Assembly: GCA_963665775.2 (NCBI GenBank) | Contig: CAXXTF010000001.1 | Coordinates: 704,001-768,000, forward strand | Source of the DNA: Dehalococcoidia bacterium | GTDB lineage: Bacteria; Chloroflexota; Dehalococcoidia; SM23-28-2; RBG-16-64-32 | Direction: 5' to 3' | DNA length: 64,000 nt | Shown: positions 10,055-19,701 of the stretch, piece after piece | Layout of the letters: each line of letters begins with the position of its first letter | Numbering within the stretch: the first letter of the stretch is position 1 | Notes under the pieces: generated by a model | What the model was told of the DNA's origin: nothing | What the model saw: the letters and a program-made list of their open reading frames with translations, nothing else | Databases searched by the model: none | Translations under genes and position numbers: made by a program

Positions 10055-10732
10055 TCAGACTAGATCGAGCATGCCTTCCCGAGCCATCGTTTCAAGGGCC
10101 GCTTCTACGGTCTCCACTACGGCACGATGCATGAAGGCAGCGAAGTCGGCGAGCTGACCCGGACCTCCGAGATCCTGGTCCGGCTCCCCGATATGAAAGG
10201 GCGTCAGCGAATCATTCCCGGCGGTGGTTGCAAGAAGGCTCCGGAAATTCACGAGGTTGCGAAGCCTACGAAGATCCCGGAACCACGACGCGTCACAAGT
10301 ACGCGAAAGCTGGGCACGGAGGGCTTCACAAGCTCCGGGATGATCACAGCTCTCCCTCAGCATTCTCTCGAGGGCTGGAAATTTCACTTCCTCGGTCGGT
10401 TCGAAGGTGTGCGCGGCTACAATTTCTTGTGCCAAGGCGTCGAGTGCGCCGTAGGTTGCGAAGAGAAAGGCGTCCGCTTGACCGGACAACGACTGGAGAC
10501 GGCGAGCCTCACTTTTGCCTTCTACGGTACCGAGAGTCGCGGCAAGTTGACTGAGTCGACCCAGCCAGCGGTTACTTTCGCACAGCTTGATCCCCAGGTA
10601 GGCGTGCGCCTCAAGGATGGATGCTGTTCGCTTGTTCACGGCTGCGGCCGCTCTGAGGTTCAGCATATGACTGTGATACCTAGGCAAGCGCTTCAAGTAT
10701 GTAGTTAGTCTGGAATCAATCAGGCGCGTCAT
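10055..10732 (-). CDS. Helical protein resembling Cthe_2314-type HEPN domain
   Basis: DAFLFATYGALDALAQEI...WFRDLRRLRNLVNFR. Start placed at ATG 10732, uncertain. Confidence 0.5.
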   Translation of the reverse strand: MTRLIDSRLTTYLKRLPRYHSHMLNLRAAAAVNKRTASILEAHAYLGIKLCESNRWLGRLSQLAATLGTVEGKSEARRLQSLSGQADAFLFATYGALDALAQEIVAAHTFEPTEEVKFPALERMLRESCDHPGACEALRAQLSRTCDASWFRDLRRLRNLVNFRSLLATTAGNDSLTPFHIGEPDQDLGGPGQLADFAAFMHRAVVETVEAALETMAREGMLDLV

Positions 10733-11151
10733 GGCTGTTCCACTCTCGCGGTGCTTAGGGGACTTGTGTCTCATCGGCCCTCGTCCGCCCAAAACGCCCG
10801 TCGCCGAGTCTTGGCCGCTTGCCGCGCAATGGGTTACGTTCATCGTAAGTGGAACTTTTTACACTTGCAAGAGACCGAAGCAGACCCAACGTATAAGGTC
10901 TGCTAAACGGCTCCAAACTGCTCAGATCTCGTCTGGCTGGCTGTCATTCCGTATCATCGGCGCTGCCTCGCGCCGAGTGAGTGCACTAACAGGTGCAGGT
11001 GATCGCATTCGAGGCGACCGCCAGAGCCTACGCCGAGACCCTGCGCCGCTTCGCCAGCGCATTTACGGACCATGAGGTAGAATCGTCCTCGGGCCTCAGC
11101 CCCACGCTAGAGTCGAGAAGGTAGACCACCTGGCAAGGATGATGCGCTCCA

Positions 11152-12030
11152 ATGCAGATCGGTGCCACGTTCCCCCAGACCGAAATTGGGACTGACCTAA
11201 GTCTCCTGCGGGACTATGTCCAGGGCGTGGAGGCCCTGGGCTACGACCATATCCTGCTCTACGATCACGTTCTCGGCGCAGATCCGAATCGACCGGGCGG
11301 TTGGTCCGGACCATATACGAATGCCCATCCGTTTCACGAACCGCTCGTTTTCCTGGCCTGGGTCGCTGCGCAGACCGAGCGACTTGGGCTCATGACCGGC
11401 GTCCTGATTCTGCCTCAGCGCCAGACGGCCCTGGTGGCGAAGCAAGCCGCGGAGGTCGATCTTCTTTCCGGCGGTCGCTTGAGATTGGGGGTAGGCATCG
11501 GCTGGAACCCGGTCGAGTACGAGGCGTTGGGAACCGACTTCCACACGCGTGGGCGCAAGATCGAGACGCAGGTCGAGCTCCTCCGACGGCTCTGGTCTGC
11601 TGACTCGGTGGATGTCCACGATGCCTATCACACGATCACCCGTGCCGGCATCAACCCCCGGCCCTTGCGGCAGATCCCGATCTGGATGGGCGGCAGGGGC
11701 GAGCGCCTCCTGCGCCGCATGGCACGGCTCGCGGATGGCTGGTTCCCCATGTCTTCACCGGACCAGGCACTCAGTGCGACCTTAGCTCGCCTACACGATG
11801 ATCTTGCCGCGAACGGACGCGATCCAGAATCCTTCGGTATAGAGGGCGGGGTCAGTATTGGCGGACCGGATACGGACCGCCAGATAGATACTGCCGCCCG
11901 CTGGCGTGATATCGGCGCCCGATACCTGGCCGTGAACACGATGGGCTCCGGACTGGCGCCGCACCAGCATCTGGAGACACTGCGGCGATTCAAAGAGCAG
12001 TGGGGCACCCAGCTCACAGCTTCACTCTGA
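11152..12030 (+). CDS. LLM-class F420-dependent oxidoreductase
   Basis: MQIGATFPQTEIG; YDHVLG; FHEP; LILPQRQTALVAKQAA; GIGWNPVEY. Confidence 0.9.
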   Translation: MQIGATFPQTEIGTDLSLLRDYVQGVEALGYDHILLYDHVLGADPNRPGGWSGPYTNAHPFHEPLVFLAWVAAQTERLGLMTGVLILPQRQTALVAKQAAEVDLLSGGRLRLGVGIGWNPVEYEALGTDFHTRGRKIETQVELLRRLWSADSVDVHDAYHTITRAGINPRPLRQIPIWMGGRGERLLRRMARLADGWFPMSSPDQALSATLARLHDDLAANGRDPESFGIEGGVSIGGPDTDRQIDTAARWRDIGARYLAVNTMGSGLAPHQHLETLRRFKEQWGTQLTASL

Positions 12031-12154
12031 TTGCAGGATTCTCAGGCAACAAAGAACGTGCTAAAGTACATTACGTCCCCGCCGGGCTCAACCAAACGTA
12101 CCATCGGATCGAAGATTAGCAGAGCGCGCGTGGCGCAGAGGGAAGACCAGGGAG

Positions 12155-12853
12155 ATGATTAACAAAGTAGTGCAGACCATGGACGAGGCGGTCTCCGGAA
12201 TTCCTGACGGAGCCACCGTCATGATTGGCGGGTTCGGGAGCGGCATACCCTATAATCTGATCGCTGCCCTCCACCGTCAGGGTGCGAAAGAGCTAACAGT
12301 CATAGCGGTGAATGCCACCACGATGAACCGTACCGACATCGGTTTCTTGGAGCGGGAAGGCCGGATCAAGACGCTTATAAGCCAGGCTGGAGACGGCCGA
12401 TATCCGGGCATCCCGCAAGGCACGATGGTGGAGCGGATCCGGGCGGGCGGCGCCGGCGTCCCCGCATTCTACACCCCTACCGGTGTTGGGACGTTGCTAG
12501 CCGAAGGTAAGGAGCACCGCGACTTCAACGGCCGTACGTATCTGCTGGAGACGGCGCTTACGGCCGACTACGCGCTCATTCCCGCCTGGCGAGCGGATAC
12601 GTTTGGCAATTTGCAGTTCGAGTACACCCAGCGCACGATTAACCCAACTATGGCCCGGGCGGCAAACCAAACGATCGTGGAGGTCGAGGAGATGGTCGAA
12701 GGTGGAGAGCTCGACCCCAGCTTCATCCATTGTCCGGGTGTGTTCGTGAGCCAAGTCGTCAAGATCCCGCCGGAGCCTGAAGGCTTCCACGGTCGACCGC
12801 TGAATATCGCCGGCGTGCCGACGCGAAGCCGGCTGGGTACTAGAGGGGTGTGA
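12155..12853 (+). CDS. 3-oxoacid CoA-transferase subunit A
   Basis: DGATVMIGGFG; PQGTMVERIRAGGAGVPAFYTPTG; ADTFGNL. Confidence 0.88.
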   Translation: MINKVVQTMDEAVSGIPDGATVMIGGFGSGIPYNLIAALHRQGAKELTVIAVNATTMNRTDIGFLEREGRIKTLISQAGDGRYPGIPQGTMVERIRAGGAGVPAFYTPTGVGTLLAEGKEHRDFNGRTYLLETALTADYALIPAWRADTFGNLQFEYTQRTINPTMARAANQTIVEVEEMVEGGELDPSFIHCPGVFVSQVVKIPPEPEGFHGRPLNIAGVPTRSRLGTRGV

Positions 12854-12854
12854 G

Positions 12855-13574
12855 GTGAAAGAAATGACAACCGAAGCGGAGAAGCCCAAGCTTGCCCGTG
12901 AGGAGATCCTTCTCAGGACCATTCTGGATTTTCAAGAAGGATGGCTGGTCAACCTTGGCTCCGGCCTACCCAGCTACATCGCCAACTATTGCAGTCCGGA
13001 ACGCAACGTGGTGTTCCATGCGGAGAATGGTGTCGTCGGGATGGGTCGTATGGCCACACGGGAGGAGGTCAATATCAACCTCACAAACGCCCTGGCGCAA
13101 CACATCCTGCTGGTTCCGGGCGCGTCGATCATTGACCACGTTGACTCCTTCGCTCTCGTCCGAAGCGGCAGGCTGAGCGCAACCGTCATGGGAGCGTACC
13201 ATGTGGCATCTAATCGCGACTTCGCGAACGTGAGCCGCGATCCCAACGTGGGAGGCTCCGGAGGTGGCGCAATGGATATGGCACGCAATGCTCAGCGGGT
13301 GTTCATCGTTATGGAACACGTATCATCGGAGGGCCAGCCCAAGCTCCTGAAGCGATGTACGCTGCCGCTGACATGCCCGGGCGTTGTGACGCGTGTGTTC
13401 ACTGACCTCGGTGTATTCGATTTTGGTGAAGATTGCTTCGTAATCAAGGAGATCGCGCCAGGCTGGACTGTGGATGAAGTCCGGGCTCTGTCGGAGGGCG
13501 ACATCGTGGCCGCTCCAGACCTGAAGGAGATCGATCTCAAGGCCTTGCACGAAGCCATAGCCTCAGACGGTTAG
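12855..13574 (+). CDS. 3-oxoacid CoA-transferase subunit B
   Basis: VNLGSGLP; HAENG (catalytic Glu); GGAMD; CTLPLT. Confidence 0.88.
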   Translation: MKEMTTEAEKPKLAREEILLRTILDFQEGWLVNLGSGLPSYIANYCSPERNVVFHAENGVVGMGRMATREEVNINLTNALAQHILLVPGASIIDHVDSFALVRSGRLSATVMGAYHVASNRDFANVSRDPNVGGSGGGAMDMARNAQRVFIVMEHVSSEGQPKLLKRCTLPLTCPGVVTRVFTDLGVFDFGEDCFVIKEIAPGWTVDEVRALSEGDIVAAPDLKEIDLKALHEAIASDG

Positions 13575-13600
13575 CGTATTGAGTCTGGGAGCGCCACCGG

Positions 13601-14695
13601 TCAGCCTGTTTCCACGGGCACCCAGCGCTTCTCCGTGGAGGCCCGGTCCATCGCGGCCAAGATGTGGTGAATGCGCAAACCCGTCTCGATGCTTGGCTCC
13701 ACGGGCTCTCCGCTGAGGATCGCCCGGCCCAGCATCCGGAAGCTCTGCGCCACGGGGAAGACCGTAGCGTATGGGGGCACCTCAGGAACGAAGCTGAACT
13801 CCTCGGGCGTGGGCAGTTCCTCAAGAGGCTCGTCGCCCTTGGCGCCCAACAGCGCCTGCCGCCGCCGACCGTCGCTCTCCACACGGGTCAGATGGAGCGA
13901 GCCTTCCGTACCGTATATCTCGAAGCGTTGGCCGGAGCCGTTCCAGGAGATGCGGCTGATCGTCAGCGTGCCCACGACACCGCTCTCCATGCGTATGTTG
14001 GCGACCACGGTGTCCGGGGACGAAGGCTCAATCGTCTCTCCAGTGTCGGACCAGGTCACCTTCTTGAGGCGGACGTCAGCCGTGGCGGCCAGCTCCGCCG
14101 GCTGACCCAGGGCCCAGGTTATGACCTGCAGCGCCGCGCCACCATGGAGGCTCAGCGCGCTGCCACCCTCCTCATTGACCCTAGTCCACCAGCGGTCGGA
14201 AGGGGTGGGACGCTGGTACTGTGAGGAGACCTGGCCGAAGTTGAAGTTCAGCACCTCGCCTACGTACCCCTCCTGCACAAGCCGCTGCAGGTTCATGATA
14301 ATCGGCGACCAGCGCGCCTGGAGTCCGACGCTGACCAGGCGGTTCTTCTCTTTGGCGAGCCGTACCAGGTCCTCGGCCTCCGCTACGCTGAGTGCTGTCG
14401 GCCACTCGCAGTAGACATGCTTGCCGGCCTTGAGCGCGGCCTCAGCCAGGGGGTGGTGCAGCGACGGACGGGCGGCTATGGTGATGAGATCGATATCCGG
14501 GTCGCCCACGAGCTGCCCGATATCGTTGTAGGCCTTGGCGGCGCCGGTACGCTCAGCCATGGCGGCGGCAGTCTCGGGGTGGGCGGTGCACACCGCTGCC
14601 AGCTCCATCTCCGGCAGGCTCTTGACCGCCGCCGCGTGCGCTCGCTCTCCCCAGGTGGCACCGATAACCCCTACACGAAGCTTCTGAACTGTCAT
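13601..14695 (-). CDS. Gfo/Idh/MocA family oxidoreductase
   Basis: VGVIGA...; AGKHVYCEWP; GLQAR; IYGTEG. Confidence 0.9.
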   Translation of the reverse strand: MTVQKLRVGVIGATWGERAHAAAVKSLPEMELAAVCTAHPETAAAMAERTGAAKAYNDIGQLVGDPDIDLITIAARPSLHHPLAEAALKAGKHVYCEWPTALSVAEAEDLVRLAKEKNRLVSVGLQARWSPIIMNLQRLVQEGYVGEVLNFNFGQVSSQYQRPTPSDRWWTRVNEEGGSALSLHGGAALQVITWALGQPAELAATADVRLKKVTWSDTGETIEPSSPDTVVANIRMESGVVGTLTISRISWNGSGQRFEIYGTEGSLHLTRVESDGRRRQALLGAKGDEPLEELPTPEEFSFVPEVPPYATVFPVAQSFRMLGRAILSGEPVEPSIETGLRIHHILAAMDRASTEKRWVPVETG

Positions 14696-14887
14696 ATCAG
14701 ACTCCCCCTTATTCTTAGCGTCTCATGATCCGGCGATGGCTATTCTATCACCAGCCGACGACTCCTACCCGGGACCGCTTGCCAGATGAGCAACAATAGT
14801 TCAACTTGTGGTTCTGTCAGAGCCCGGAGGCAACCCTGTCTCAGTCTACACAAGGTACTAGCCGTGAACTGCCCGCATTTTCGATTG

Positions 14888-14915
14888 ACTGTAACTAGCA
14901 AACTGTAACTAGCAA
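14888..14915. repeat. Perfect tandem 14-bp direct repeat ACTGTAACTAGCAA x2
   Basis: Copies read directly at 14888-14901 and 14902-14915. Confidence 0.9.
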
Positions 14916-14921
14916 TTAGTA

Positions 14922-15659
14922 TCATCCCACCTCGGTTCGAAGGAAGAAGGTTTCGCCCGACCGGTAGGCGATGGTCCTACCACCTGCCTGTACTGCCACA
15001 CGACCCTTGCCCAGTACCCGCCAGTTGCCATCCCCAAAGCTCAGGCAGCAGGTTGCCGTGTTAATGATCAGGACTACTACGCTCTCATCAAGATCGAGGC
15101 TTAGCGAGCGTGCCCGGCTCTCAGTTAGGGACTCGCCATGGGGCACCACCGCCACGCCAGGTACGAGGCCCAGGGCCAGCACCACACCGGAACCTGGGGC
15201 TCGCATCTTCTCCGCCAGCACCATGGCCCCAGCGCTGGAGCCCACTACCATCGCGCCTGATCGAAAACGTTCGACAATCGCTTCCCAGGCCGCAGTACCC
15301 CTAAGGGTGTCCAGCAGGTAGCTTGGGCTGCCACCCGTAAGATACAGGACGTCGGCTCCCCGAAAGTCTTGAAACCACCTGGGGTTTTCAGCATCGGCAC
15401 GAGTCAGAATCATGCCGGAGCTGGCCACTGCACCCAGCGTCTCAAAATAGTGCCTGCCGTTTCTGGCGGCCCGCTCCGGGTCCTCTGGTGATGCTGCGGT
15501 GGGTATGACCACCAACCGGGGCCGGACTGTGCCCGTAGCCTCAAGAAGGGCCCTATCCATGGGCTCACAGGGAGGCCTGAATTCATCGCCGCCCATCAAG
15601 ACCAGCGAACCCGTTGGCCCGGAGCTGCGCCTGGGGGCTCCTTGCTCTGGGCTCTTCAT
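14922..15659 (-). CDS. Peptidase S51 / cyanophycinase-like (type 1 GATase-like fold) protein
   Basis: LMGGDEF; VIPTAA; YLTGGSP; GSSAGAM nucleophile motif; VVPH. Start uncertain. Confidence 0.85.
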   Translation of the reverse strand: MKSPEQGAPRRSSGPTGSLVLMGGDEFRPPCEPMDRALLEATGTVRPRLVVIPTAASPEDPERAARNGRHYFETLGAVASSGMILTRADAENPRWFQDFRGADVLYLTGGSPSYLLDTLRGTAAWEAIVERFRSGAMVVGSSAGAMVLAEKMRAPGSGVVLALGLVPGVAVVPHGESLTESRARSLSLDLDESVVVLIINTATCCLSFGDGNWRVLGKGRVAVQAGGRTIAYRSGETFFLRTEVG

Positions 15660-15742
15660 TTCGGTCGACGCGTCACTGCCGGACCCATCCAGTTGTGCGA
15701 GGCACTGTAGGCACAACTACCCACGCTAAGAGACCTCTTTCG

Positions 15743-16816
15743 TCAGGAACTAGTATCGGCCTTGTCGCCACTGTGCCGCCAGCGCGTCCCCTCCGGCGTA
15801 TCCTGAATCTCCAACCCCATGTCGGCTAACTGCTGGCGCAGGGCATCAGCCCGGGCCCACTCTCTTCCTCGCCGAGCCTCTTCTCGCAAGCTTATTAAGT
15901 GAGCCACTTCTGGTGGCAAGGTTGCCGGCTCCAACTGAGATTCAGGCGCCCTTGAGGGCAGACCAAAGGAGGGAAAAGTCGCGGGAAGCCGATAGGGGCC
16001 TAACTCAGTGAGAGGAAAGGAATGGCGCGCAGGATATACCTTCTCGCCGACCTGGGTGCTGATGGTGATGGCACCCTTGCCCAGGACTAAGCCATCGCCT
16101 TCCTGCAAGTCCAAGACTAGCGCAGTGTGTTCCTCGATTCCAAGGACTACTGTAGAGGAAGGCAACTGCTGCCTTAGCGGCTCAAACCGTTGCCGCCCCA
16201 TGAAGCAGCGGCTGGTGTCCAAGTGGGCGCCGCCCTCTCTGTTGTCCCAGTGGGGCACGATGGCGAGCTCCAGACCGAATAGGCTCAAGATGTCCAGTCC
16301 GTCGGCCCAGTATGGGTCTGAACCAGCCTTGAAAATCTCGTAGACCGGCAGGACTCTCGTTCCCACCGCCAGGGTGGCGGCGCTGGCAAAGCAGAGGGAT
16401 GCACCCTGCTGGTGCCGCCCCAGGATGTACTTCAGGGCTAGTGTGTCCTGAAGGTTGCGAACCGTATAGGTCGGGCTTCCCGGTCCCAGGAAAATGTAGT
16501 TGGCATCCAGCAACGGCGCCAAGATCTTAGGATCATCCGGGCTGAAGGGGGTCCCCTTCTTACGGGCGGGGATGATATGTACCTGCGGGTGATAGTTCTG
16601 GAGCCGAGCCTTGAAAAACTCCCCGATCTCGCTGGCAACGTGCTCGCTATTGGGCTGGAAGCCCGCCGGCGTTTCGAGAACAGCAACTGTGACGGGAGGT
16701 GGTAACGTTGACAGCAGCCGGTCGTGAATAGCGCGGCCACTGTCCGAGACCTCACCGGACCCAAACAGTACGATCTTGCCCAGGTGGACTTGCCCGCGTG
16801 CCTTGCCCATCTTCAA
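15743..16816 (-). CDS. Peptidase S51-like hydrolase fused to a CysRS-type C-terminal helical (anticodon-binding) domain
   Basis: LFGSGE; GPGSPTY; FASAA; VPHWDN; GIEEHTA; C-terminus REEARRGREWARADALRQQLADMGLEIQDTPEGTRW. Confidence 0.85.
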   Translation of the reverse strand: MKMGKARGQVHLGKIVLFGSGEVSDSGRAIHDRLLSTLPPPVTVAVLETPAGFQPNSEHVASEIGEFFKARLQNYHPQVHIIPARKKGTPFSPDDPKILAPLLDANYIFLGPGSPTYTVRNLQDTLALKYILGRHQQGASLCFASAATLAVGTRVLPVYEIFKAGSDPYWADGLDILSLFGLELAIVPHWDNREGGAHLDTSRCFMGRQRFEPLRQQLPSSTVVLGIEEHTALVLDLQEGDGLVLGKGAITISTQVGEKVYPARHSFPLTELGPYRLPATFPSFGLPSRAPESQLEPATLPPEVAHLISLREEARRGREWARADALRQQLADMGLEIQDTPEGTRWRHSGDKADTSS

Positions 16817-17027
16817 ACATCTTCATTTTACACGGAAAAGAGGAGGCGGCCCAATGCAATACACGCCGCCGTTCGTCACGGAGCCGAGCACGATGTGTCG
16901 ATCGTGTTCACTGGACATGGGCGCCGCGGGCGAAGACCCGCGTAGGGCGCCCTGGCGAAGACGCCCAATACACGTTTGTCTAGCTGTGATTCGACAGCTA
17001 GTATAGATCTAGAAGGAGGGGAAAGTA

Positions 17028-17993
17028 ATGCCAGCCGTGCGCGTTGATGACCTGTCGTCCCTTCCACGTCTTGGCCCTATAGATATCGCGGTGGCGAGTG
17101 AGCGGAGCGCCCTAAAGGTTGTAAGCGCACCGACGATGCTCGAAGGTGCAGGCTTCGAGGTTCGCCGGGCCTTCGCTGGAATCGACCTCCAGCTTGCGGA
17201 TCCGTTCCTCCTCCTGGACCAGATGGGCGCTGTCGAGTACAGCCCCGGTGAGGCCAAAGGCGCTCCGGACCACCCCCATCGCGGATTTGAGACGGTTACC
17301 TACATGATGGACGGGGAGATCGAGCATAGGGACTCGAATGGTGGCGGTGGCCTCATCACCGACGGCGCGACGCAGTGGATGACGGCGGGAGCCGGAATTG
17401 TGCACTCTGAGATGCCGACTGAGCAGATAGTCTCAAAGGGCGGACTGTTCCATGGTGTGCAGCTCTGGGTCAACCTACCCCAGGCACAGAAGTGGTCCCC
17501 GCCTCAATACCAGGACATTGATGCTGACAAGGTGGTTCTCTTAGCCTCGGAGGACGGAGGGGCGCTGATTCGCCTTATCGCCGGCGATCTCGCTGGGCAC
17601 ATTGGGCCGGGAAGTACGCGAACGCCGATCACTTTTGCTCATGTCAGTGTCAGTCCAGGAGCACGCTTGCAGACGCCATGGCGGCCCGATTTCAACGCGC
17701 TCGTCTACGTTCTTGCCGGCCACGGGATGGTTGGCAGGGAGCGTCGGCCGATCGGCGAGGGCCAGCTGGCGGTCATGGGGGAGGGGGATATAGTCACAAT
17801 ATTCGGCGATCCCAGGCTGGAAAGCCGATCTCCAACCCTGGAGATGCTGCTGCTGGGAGGAGCTCCAATCCGAGAAAGGGTGGCCTGGCACGGCCCGTTC
17901 GTCATGAACACGAACGAGGAGATCTTTCAAGCAATACAAGAATATCATGCCGGACGGATGGGTCGCATTCCGGCGAAGCGAAGCTCGGACTGA
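17028..17993 (+). CDS. Pirin family protein
   Basis: DPFLLLD; HPHRGFETVTY; MTAGAGIVHSE; QLWVNLP; GPFVMNT. Confidence 0.95.
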   Translation: MPAVRVDDLSSLPRLGPIDIAVASERSALKVVSAPTMLEGAGFEVRRAFAGIDLQLADPFLLLDQMGAVEYSPGEAKGAPDHPHRGFETVTYMMDGEIEHRDSNGGGGLITDGATQWMTAGAGIVHSEMPTEQIVSKGGLFHGVQLWVNLPQAQKWSPPQYQDIDADKVVLLASEDGGALIRLIAGDLAGHIGPGSTRTPITFAHVSVSPGARLQTPWRPDFNALVYVLAGHGMVGRERRPIGEGQLAVMGEGDIVTIFGDPRLESRSPTLEMLLLGGAPIRERVAWHGPFVMNTNEEIFQAIQEYHAGRMGRIPAKRSSD

Positions 17994-18149
17994 CCGGCCC
18001 TTCCCTGCAGTTGGCGGTATTGGCCGTCTCGATCCTTGCCCACGGACAGGTTCAGCGTATCGCATTCCGCACACCATGACTTCATTGCCTGTCCACCGCC
18101 CCGCCTATCAGCCTTAATTGACGGCAGCCTCAACCTCTCCCACCTTTAT

Positions 18150-18602
18150 CTAATCGGGGTTGGTGATCAGGTCAACCCTGACGTCAGCGGTCGCCACGGC
18201 GACCGATCCATAAAGCGGTCACCGCCGTTTATAGGTGTCCACCAGCCCCTGGGCCTGGTCGGAGCTGAGCCCTGTGAGGCTAATCTCAAGGCGAAGCTTA
18301 CGGAAGACCGTGACGTTCTCATGGGCCGGCGGAGTCCCTGCGTCACGCGTCGCCTCCACCCTCACATCCGCCCCCCTGAGCGGAAGCTGAGACTCATTTG
18401 CCAGGCGCTCTACCATCCCCACCGCGCAAGCCGAGATGCCCGATAGGAAAGCCTCTATCGGATCGATCGCCTCGCCGGGCCCCCCGACGCGCCTTGATTC
18501 GTCCACGACGAAGTGTTGGTTTCGAGCGTTGCACAGAATCCGCCCCCGAGTTCCGCTCGAGTAGGACCGTACCCGTGTCGTATCTGTTTGCTCCTGTGCC
18601 AT
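18150..18602 (-). CDS. OsmC-family selenoprotein (UGA at 18221-18219 read as Sec)
   Basis: FVVDE...GGPGEAIDPIEAFLSGISAC...YKRR-TGA-PLYGSVAVATADVRVDLITNPD-TAG. The UGA is at the position of the second conserved OsmC Cys (C-P-x-x). GGAGG RBS. Confidence 0.85.
18188..18205 (-). promoter_or_regulatory. Candidate bacterial SECIS hairpin
   Basis: Minus strand CGGTCGC-CGTG-GCGACCG; the loop starts 20 nt after the UGA and contains GU. Confidence 0.72.
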
Positions 18603-18638
18603 TTCATACCTCCGATTAATACTTCACGACGCTGCTTG

Positions 18639-19376
18639 TCAAAAGGCTGGAGCCTCCGTCTTAGGGAACCACATCTCCATCTGAAGGCCACTCGCATCCG
18701 CGGGCGGCTGTCGAGGAATACGGGCGGCCGTATCGCGCCGAATGCAAAGCGATGTATACGCCACGACCAGAGCATCCACAAAGTCATCCAGGGCACACTC
18801 ACCTTGGATTTCCACCGGCAACCGGGGCCGCTCCGGCAGCGACGGAAGAACCCCCCTCAGGACATCCCAGCGTTCATTGAGGCCATCCGGATGCTTCTTA
18901 CTTCGAGCCATTGGGCGCCGCCCATTCAGGGCCCAGAAGCATACCTCTGGGTGCACCTCCTTCATCCGCGCCTGAAGCCTCGGTGTCATCCGCGAATCTA
19001 CCTCAGCGACCTTTGACATGATGCAGAAGGTTTGCTTGCTAAGGCGCTTCCCCGCCACCCTGAGGTTCTCATCGCTCGCGGCCTGATACTGGTTCTGCCC
19101 CTTGAATTGCAGGGCCGGTCGAGAAGGAGAGGGGAAGACGCTGGATGCACGAGGCCTTTTCAGCAATGATCTGGCCTCCACATCGCAAGCCCTCTTGCCC
19201 GGTCCGTTCAATAGTCCTATTGGAATATCAAGGCAGATCAGATCCCCGTCAGAGGCGACCAAGTCGTCAATGGACAGCACCACCGTACGCGCCACAGCAG
19301 CGGATTCACCGGAATCGTCAATGAAAACCGCACACCAGCCTTTGCGGCATCCGTCCGCTCCGATAATCCTGCTCAC
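18639..19376 (-). CDS. DUF429 family (RNase H-like) protein
   Basis: IGADGCRKGW; LDIPIGL; RACDVEAR; EVHPEVCF; DDFVDA. Confidence 0.85.
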   Translation of the reverse strand: MSRIIGADGCRKGWCAVFIDDSGESAAVARTVVLSIDDLVASDGDLICLDIPIGLLNGPGKRACDVEARSLLKRPRASSVFPSPSRPALQFKGQNQYQAASDENLRVAGKRLSKQTFCIMSKVAEVDSRMTPRLQARMKEVHPEVCFWALNGRRPMARSKKHPDGLNERWDVLRGVLPSLPERPRLPVEIQGECALDDFVDALVVAYTSLCIRRDTAARIPRQPPADASGLQMEMWFPKTEAPAF

Positions 19377-19701
19377 TGCAGAGCAATGATAGCACTGCCA
19401 CGGCTTGTCTAATGCGAGATGTTAGGGGGCGATTCAAGCCTAGAAGCGTTCGGCGAAGAGTAATCGCTCACTTAGTCTGCGTAGTCATACGTGAGTGTCT
19501 GATGATACAATTTCGGTACTGAACCGCATCAAGCCGAGTGAGTTCCGAGAAATCCAGTGACGCTCAGAAGTTCAGCACCGTTGGCCGAATCGACGCCCGA
19601 TTAGGCCGGGCCCGTTAGCGCGGTTTCGCCGATTCAACAATGAATATCTGAGCCTTCACCCGTCTCCATTAGGGACGGAGGGATTCGTTGGATGCAAGGA
19701 G

